A stretch of DNA of 42,488 nt, taken from NCBI GenBank assembly GCA_944329395.1, contig CALVIF010000002.1, positions 1-42,488 on the forward strand. The letters are read 5' to 3'. Each line of letters opens with the position of its first letter. The first letter of the stretch is position 1. This DNA comes from an uncultured Bacilli bacterium. GTDB lineage: Bacteria; Bacillota_I; Bacilli_A; RF39; UBA660. Position numbers and translations under genes: made by a program. Of the stretch, positions 37,100 to 42,488 are shown one piece after another. The notes under the pieces were generated by a model. The model saw nothing but the letters and a program-made list of their open reading frames with translations, had not been told where the DNA came from and ran no database searches.

Positions 37100-38542
37100 T
37101 TAAAGTATTATCATTAATAATGTTAAAATTATAATATTTGCTATTGCAATAGTTAATACTACTTTTCCTGCCCATTTAACCCATGTTGTATATTCAACTT
37201 TTGCCAAAGCAAGTCCTCCCATGATTGCACCACATGTTGGAGTAATTAAATTTACTAATCCATTTGCAGCTACCATAGTCATAATAGTTGTTTCAACACT
37301 ATATCCAACTTGATTTGCAAGTGGTCCAATAATTGGAGAAGATAGTGTTGCAAGTCCTGAACTTGATGGAACAAGTACTGATAATACTACATGTAACAAA
37401 TAATTTAATGGGGCAAAAATAACAGGTGGAACCATTTGTAAAACATTTGCTGCATTATAAATAATAAAATTATCTAAATATGTGCTTTGCATTAATACTG
37501 AGGCACCTCTTGCTATGGCAATGATTAAAATTACGCCAACCATATCATCAGCACCATCTATGAAAGTATCAACAAATTCTTTTTCTCCAGTTCTATTAAT
37601 AAAGCCAATTACTACTGACATAATTAAGAACCATAATGCTGCTTCATAGAAATACCATCCTCCAAGTGGAGCACCTGTTAACCAACCAGTAAATCCTTCA
37701 AAGAATGTTACACCAAAATCTCCCCATGGAATAAAGCCAATAATCATTACTAAAAAAGTTAGAGCAAATAAACATAGTGTTATAACTTGTTTAGTAGTTA
37801 ATTTTACATCTTCATCTTTTCTTGCTGCATGTGAACCATATTCAATTTCCATATTTTTTCTTTCTCTTATTGAAAGAATAGTTGAGCCTTTTTTCTTAAT
37901 AACTTTTTTAGCATAATTCATAACGAATAGAATAGATATTAATAAAGTACTAATCCATAAAATTGCTCCGATAGAAATAATTAAACCTTGATTTACTTCA
38001 ACGCTTTCAGGTAAAGCACTAACTGCAGCTCCAACAGCAAATGGATTAATTGTAGATCCTAAAACTCCAGATCCTGCTCCTAATAATACAATAGCAGATG
38101 AAACAATTGTATCCATTCCAGCCATGACCATTGCTGCTGCTAGTAAAGCATAAAATCCTACTGTTTCTTCTAGCATACCATAAGTTGTTCCTGCAATTGA
38201 GAAAATAAACATTAAAATTGGAATTAAAGCAAGTTCATTTCCTTTTAATTTTTTAACTAATACTTGAATTCCTGTTTCTAGTGCTTTTGTTTTAGCAATA
38301 ACTGCTAAGAAACCACCTAAGATAAGGACGAAAATACAAACGTCAATAGCATTTTCAAATCCTAATATTGGAGACATTAAGATATCAGGTAGTTTTGCTC
38401 TAACAACTCCTGTACCATTAATAATTTCTTCTCCACTAAATTGTGCTTGGGGTAAAACATATGTTAATAAACCCAATAAAAATATCAAAATAAAAATTAT
38501 TGAAAAAGCAGTAATAAAGCCTTTTCTCTTTTTTCTTGCCAT
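37100..38542 (-). CDS. YfcC/DcuC-type anaerobic carrier family membrane transporter (ArcD-like putative arginine/ornithine antiporter)
   Basis: About 11-12 TM helices in 480 aa. It is the last gene of the arcABC cluster, as with the streptococcal-type arcD. The substrate is inferred from context only. Confidence 0.75.
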   Translation of the reverse strand: MARKKRKGFITAFSIIFILIFLLGLLTYVLPQAQFSGEEIINGTGVVRAKLPDILMSPILGFENAIDVCIFVLILGGFLAVIAKTKALETGIQVLVKKLKGNELALIPILMFIFSIAGTTYGMLEETVGFYALLAAAMVMAGMDTIVSSAIVLLGAGSGVLGSTINPFAVGAAVSALPESVEVNQGLIISIGAILWISTLLISILFVMNYAKKVIKKKGSTILSIRERKNMEIEYGSHAARKDEDVKLTTKQVITLCLFALTFLVMIIGFIPWGDFGVTFFEGFTGWLTGAPLGGWYFYEAALWFLIMSVVIGFINRTGEKEFVDTFIDGADDMVGVILIIAIARGASVLMQSTYLDNFIIYNAANVLQMVPPVIFAPLNYLLHVVLSVLVPSSSGLATLSSPIIGPLANQVGYSVETTIMTMVAANGLVNLITPTCGAIMGGLALAKVEYTTWVKWAGKVVLTIAIANIIILTLLMIIL

Positions 38543-38544
38543 AA

Positions 38545-39486
38545 TTAAAATTCCTTTCTACTAATTACTGTTCCTGTTTTTCCTTCTAATGCTTGTTTTG
38601 CTTTATCTAAAGAAGTAATTACAGCATTAGCATTCCTTCTATTATGTTCAACAAACTGAAGACATGCTTCAATTTTAGGCAACATACTTCCTTCTTTAAA
38701 TTCGCCAGTTTTCATATATTGTCTAGCTAACTTAGGAGTTAGGAAGTCAAGCTTTCTCTCGTTAGCTGTATTGTAATTAATACATACTTTTTCTACGGCT
38801 GTTAATATTAGGAAAACATCTGCTTTAATATCAATTGCTATTTGAGCACTTGTTTTATCTTTATCAATAACAGCATCAACGCCTTTTAATTTATTGTAAT
38901 GGTAAACAACTGGTATTCCTCCACCACCACCTGCTATAACAATATTTTTATTTTTTAAAAGTAATTCTATTGTTTTAGCTTCTATAATTTTTTTAGGTTG
39001 TGGTGATGGAACAACTCGTCGATATCCTCGACCAGCGTCCTCTTTAAATATATATCCTCTTTCAATATATAGCTTATCAGCTTCTTCTTTTGTATAAAAA
39101 CTACCAATTGGTTTTGTTGGATTAGTAAATGCTGGATCTTTTTTATCAACTACAACTTGAGTAAGTACAGTTATACAGTTGCGGCGCATATTCCTTTTTA
39201 CTAATTCCTCTTGTATTGATTGTTGTAGATGGTAACCAATATATCCTTGACTCATTGCACCACATTCAGCAAATGGAACATTTGGAGTATTAGCTTCTTC
39301 ATGAGAAACTTCCATAGCCATATTAATCATGCCGACTTGTGGACCATTTCCATGTGTAACAACAATATCATATGTGTCTGCAAGTTCCACAATATATTTG
39401 GCAGTTTTTTGAACTAATCTTAACTGTTCTTCTGGACTATTTCCTAAGGCATTTCCACCTAATGCAATTACTATTTTCTTTTTCAT
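38545..39486 (-). CDS. arcC: Carbamate kinase
   Basis: [19 protein letters not shown] and GGGGIPV motifs. ATGA overlap with arcB. Confidence 0.95.
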   Translation of the reverse strand: MKKKIVIALGGNALGNSPEEQLRLVQKTAKYIVELADTYDIVVTHGNGPQVGMINMAMEVSHEEANTPNVPFAECGAMSQGYIGYHLQQSIQEELVKRNMRRNCITVLTQVVVDKKDPAFTNPTKPIGSFYTKEEADKLYIERGYIFKEDAGRGYRRVVPSPQPKKIIEAKTIELLLKNKNIVIAGGGGGIPVVYHYNKLKGVDAVIDKDKTSAQIAIDIKADVFLILTAVEKVCINYNTANERKLDFLTPKLARQYMKTGEFKEGSMLPKIEACLQFVEHNRRNANAVITSLDKAKQALEGKTGTVISRKEF

Positions 39487-40472
39487 TTTTTCATCGTTGC
39501 ATACATGATTGCTTTAATTGTATGAAGTCTATTTTCTGCTTCATCAAACACTTTAGATTGCTCTGATTCAAAGACTTCATCGGTTACTTCCATTTCAGTA
39601 ATTCCAAACTTTTCATGTATCTCCTTTCCAATTTTTGTATTTATATCATGGAAAGATGGCAAGCAGTGTAAGAATATTGCATCAGAATTAGCAAGCGCCA
39701 TTAATTCTGAAGTAACTCTATAAGGAGTCAATAATTCAATTCTTTTTTTCCACAAGCTTTCATCCTCTCCCATAGAAACCCAAACATCTGTATATACGAC
39801 AGAAGCATCTTTTAGACCTTCATTAACATCTTCTGTTAATAAAATTTTTGAACCGTTTGCTTCTGCAAATTTACGACATTTACTAACTAGTTCTGAACTT
39901 GGGAATAATTCTGATGGTGCACAGCAGCAAAAATCTATTCCTAATTTAGAACATATTACCATTAATGAATTTCCTACATTATTTCTAGCATCTCCTAGAA
40001 ATACTAATTTTCTTCCTTTGACATTACCAAAATTTTCATACATTGTCATAATGTCGGCAAGCATTTGAGTTGGATGAAATTCATTTGTAAGACCATTCCA
40101 TACAGGAACTGAGGAATATTTTGCTAATTCTTCAACAATACTTTGATCAAAGCCACGATATTCAATACCATCATACATTCTTGATAAAACTCTAGCAGTA
40201 TCAGCTATACTTTCCTTTTTACCCATTTGTGATCCTGTTGGTCCTAAATATGTAACTCCCATACCTAAATCCATTGCTCCAACTTCAAAAGCGCATCTAG
40301 TTCTAGTAGAATCTTTTTCAAATAATAAGGCTACATTTTTACCTTTTAAATAATCATGCTTTTTTCCTTGTTGTTTTTTCTTTTTAAAATCCATTGATAA
40401 TTGTATTAGATATAAAATTTCTTGTTCACTATAATCAAGTAATTTTAAAAAGTCTCTTCCATACAAATTCAT
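39483..40472 (-). CDS. arcB: Ornithine carbamoyltransferase (catabolic context)
   Basis: STRTR, HPTQ and HCLP motifs. SD GGGAGGactaatATG. Confidence 0.95.
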   Translation of the reverse strand: MNLYGRDFLKLLDYSEQEILYLIQLSMDFKKKKQQGKKHDYLKGKNVALLFEKDSTRTRCAFEVGAMDLGMGVTYLGPTGSQMGKKESIADTARVLSRMYDGIEYRGFDQSIVEELAKYSSVPVWNGLTNEFHPTQMLADIMTMYENFGNVKGRKLVFLGDARNNVGNSLMVICSKLGIDFCCCAPSELFPSSELVSKCRKFAEANGSKILLTEDVNEGLKDASVVYTDVWVSMGEDESLWKKRIELLTPYRVTSELMALANSDAIFLHCLPSFHDINTKIGKEIHEKFGITEMEVTDEVFESEQSKVFDEAENRLHTIKAIMYATMKK

Positions 40473-40473
40473 A

Positions 40474-41715
40474 TTAGTCCTCCCTTATTAATGGCATGCT
40501 CATACATCTTGGACCTCCACGGCCTCGTGAAATTTCAGCACCTGGAATTTCAATAACCTTTAATCCATTTTCTCTTAGTACTTGGTTAGTAATAACGTTT
40601 CTATCATAGACAATGACAACGCCTGGTGCAATACATAATGTATTTGAACCATCGTTCCATTGTTCTCTTTCTGATGCTACTTTATCTCCTCCAGCACATG
40701 GTATTAATGTTACAGGTATTTTTAGGTAAGACGATAGAATATTTTCTAATGTATCATTAATTTCTACAACATTTAAATCTTCATCACTATCTTCAATATT
40801 TCCTTCTGTAATTTCAAATACTTGTAAAGTATCAACAATACCTGGATGGTATGTAAATTTATTACGGTCAATTTGTGTAAATACGGTATCTAAATGCATA
40901 AATGCTCGACTATTAGGAATATTAAAGGCTAAAACTGTATCTATTTTACATTTTTCATCTTTAAATAGATTTTTAGCTAATTGATCAATTGCTTCAGCTG
41001 TAGTTCTTTGTGAAATTCCTACTGCTAAGATATGATCATTTAAATTTAAAATATCGCCACCTTCAATATGATAAGGTAGATTACGATCATAATATTTATC
41101 TACTTGTCCTTTATAGTCAGGATGGTATTTAAAAATATATTCTGCATATATTGTTTCACGATTTCTAGTAACAGAATACATTTTATTTAAAGATATACCT
41201 CTACCAATACTTGCGAAGTTATCTCTAGTAAAGTAAAGATTTGGCATTGGTGCTGCAAGGAAATCAGTTTCTTCAGTTACAAGATCCACCAATGATTTTT
41301 CATCTTTTCTTTGAGAACGATTTATTTCAGAAATTTGGATTCCTTCCATTGTTTTAAGTACTAGCTCTAATTCATCTTTAAAGCTGTTTAAATACTTAAA
41401 TACTAAATCCTTATATTTAGGAGTTCTAATACCTGCTTCATAAATAAATTGATTTAGAAATTCTTCACGTATTTCATCACTTAAAGCTAATACTTCTGCC
41501 ATAAGTTTTTCTAAATAAACAACCTCGACCCCATTTTCCTTTAAAACTCTTGCAAATTCATCGTGTTCTTTTTGAGCGACTGGTAAATATGGAATATCAT
41601 CAAATAATAACTCGCTTAATGTATTTGGAGTTAAATTTAACAATTCATTACCTGGTCTATGCAATAATACTTTTTTTAAAGGTTTAATTTCACTTGTTAC
41701 ATTGATTTTGTTCAT
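40474..41715 (-). CDS. arcA: Arginine deiminase
   Basis: [18 protein letters not shown] and the C-terminal catalytic Cys in [10 protein letters not shown]. The ATG at 41715 lies 8 nt after GGAGG. The track start at 41730 overlaps that SD and lacks an SD of its own. Confidence 0.95.
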   Translation of the reverse strand: MNKINVTSEIKPLKKVLLHRPGNELLNLTPNTLSELLFDDIPYLPVAQKEHDEFARVLKENGVEVVYLEKLMAEVLALSDEIREEFLNQFIYEAGIRTPKYKDLVFKYLNSFKDELELVLKTMEGIQISEINRSQRKDEKSLVDLVTEETDFLAAPMPNLYFTRDNFASIGRGISLNKMYSVTRNRETIYAEYIFKYHPDYKGQVDKYYDRNLPYHIEGGDILNLNDHILAVGISQRTTAEAIDQLAKNLFKDEKCKIDTVLAFNIPNSRAFMHLDTVFTQIDRNKFTYHPGIVDTLQVFEITEGNIEDSDEDLNVVEINDTLENILSSYLKIPVTLIPCAGGDKVASEREQWNDGSNTLCIAPGVVIVYDRNVITNQVLRENGLKVIEIPGAEISRGRGGPRCMSMPLIRED

Positions 41716-41729
41716 CTTTTCTACCTCCA

Positions 41730-42449
41730 TTATTGAATATTACTTAAAAATTGTTGTAACCTATTTGTTTTGGGATGCTTAAACATTTGCTCTTTTGTGC
41801 CTTCTTCCACAATTTTCCCCTTATCCATGAAAATAACTCTTGTTGCAAATTCTTGAGCAAAATTTAATTCATGTGTTACCACAATCATGGTAATCTTTTT
41901 TTTACTCACCTCCAATATTAATGATAATACTTCACCAATCATTTCTGGATCTAGCGCACTAGTTGGTTCATCAAACAAAATAACTTCTGGATTCATCATT
42001 AGTGTTCTAATAATTGCTACCCGTTGTTTTTGACCTCCAGATAAATCACTGGGATAACTATTTTCTTTGTCTTCTAGATGAATTTGTCTTAAATATTTTT
42101 TTGCTTCTTCTATTGCTTCATCTTTTGACTTTAATTTATTCAAAACTGGGGCTAGTATTAGATTATCAATAACAGTCAAATTATCAAACAGTTGAAAGTT
42201 TTGAAATACCATTCCAATTTTTCCTTGAATACTTTTATATAACTTTTCATTAAGTTTTTTATTGTGATAATAAATGCTACCACTGGTTGCTTTTTCAAGT
42301 AAATTTAAACATCGAAGTAATGTAGATTTACCGCTTCCAGATGGACCAATAATGACTATTTTTTCATTCTCAGCTATTTCTAAATTAATATTATTTAACA
42401 CAATATTATTACCAAATTTTTTTACTAATTTTTTAACTTGATACAACAT
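41730..42449 (-). CDS. Polar amino-acid ABC transporter ATP-binding protein (GlnQ/ArtP-like)
   Basis: Walker A GPSGSGKST, signature LSGGQKQRVAIIRTL, Walker B ILFDEPTSALD and H-loop VTHE. The partner permease presumably lies to the right of the window. Confidence 0.9.
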   Translation of the reverse strand: MLYQVKKLVKKFGNNIVLNNINLEIAENEKIVIIGPSGSGKSTLLRCLNLLEKATSGSIYYHNKKLNEKLYKSIQGKIGMVFQNFQLFDNLTVIDNLILAPVLNKLKSKDEAIEEAKKYLRQIHLEDKENSYPSDLSGGQKQRVAIIRTLMMNPEVILFDEPTSALDPEMIGEVLSLILEVSKKKITMIVVTHELNFAQEFATRVIFMDKGKIVEEGTKEQMFKHPKTNRLQQFLSNIQ

Positions 42450-42488
42450 GGTTTAATTTCCTTTCTCCAAATTTCATTAGTTTAGATA

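Noticed and set aside
997-39566. Numerous plus-strand ORFs of 60-130 aa in the track. They are 997-1281, 3044-3262, 4010-4243, 4564-4758, 6345-6554, 6421-6681, 7819-8133, 10266-10514, 11137-11472, 11551-11748, 11950-12192, 15673-15942, 17044-17265, 18815-19198, 20098-20328, 20385-20570, 25108-25338, 25395-25580, 30561-30746, 31558-31761, 39229-39417 and 39372-39566.
   Set aside because: All lie antisense inside long, motif-supported minus-strand genes. Their translations are F/L/I/Y-rich low-complexity strings typical of shadow ORFs in AT-rich DNA, and they lack Shine-Dalgarno sequences.
1-42488. Mollicutes-type genetic code (TGA read as Trp), suggested by the extreme AT-richness and the ADI operon
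   Set aside because: TGA clearly terminates well-conserved genes at their expected lengths (arcB and the HD hydrolase). Wall-related genes (mltG, sortase, lspA) are also present.

Overview
This is a 42.5-kb, visibly very AT-rich chromosomal segment (G+C not computed). It uses the standard genetic code, since TGA serves as a stop, for example at the HD-hydrolase and arcB ends. Coding is almost entirely on the minus strand; only tspO and rpmB are on the plus strand. The content fits a walled low-GC Bacillota organism (Erysipelotrichales- or Clostridia-like is only a guess). I saw no rRNA, tRNA, CRISPR array, transposase or phage genes.

Contents from right to left:
- An amino-acid ABC ATPase followed by the arginine deiminase operon (arcA-arcB-arcC plus a YfcC/ArcD-type carrier).
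- typA and a small membrane-anchored protein.
- rpmB on the plus strand, then dnaE-lspA-rluD.
- An AMP-forming acyl ligase.
- Two paralogous hybrid histidine kinases (TM sensor-HisKA-HATPase-REC-HPt). Their cytoplasmic halves share a 1,590-bp tract of perfect DNA identity. They bracket a 3-gene cytoplasmic cassette (zinc PLC-like, permuted papain-like, LRR-like).
- tspO and a rhomboid protease.
- The conserved Bacillus-type block yrzL(ireB)-ruvX-yrzB-mltG-trmR-yrrN/yrrO(U32), with a dGTPase-like HD hydrolase and an unknown membrane protein inserted before greA.
- At the left end (1..10804), a tightly packed 8-gene operon.

The left-end operon is the most interesting candidate for an undescribed system. 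It combines Tad-type machinery with a class B sortase and several large proteins:
- Tad-type parts: a CpaF/VirB11 ATPase with a long Q/N-rich tail, a TadB/GspF-like platform protein and a CpaB-like protein.
- A class B sortase.
- A roughly 1,000-aa cysteine-rich secreted protein.
- A 602-aa Ig-domain and tandem-module surface protein.
- A 518-aa polytopic protein.
- A small anchored protein.

No recognisable Flp pilin, prepilin peptidase or sortase substrate is visible in the window. All family calls rest on motifs read by eye. No database search was possible.
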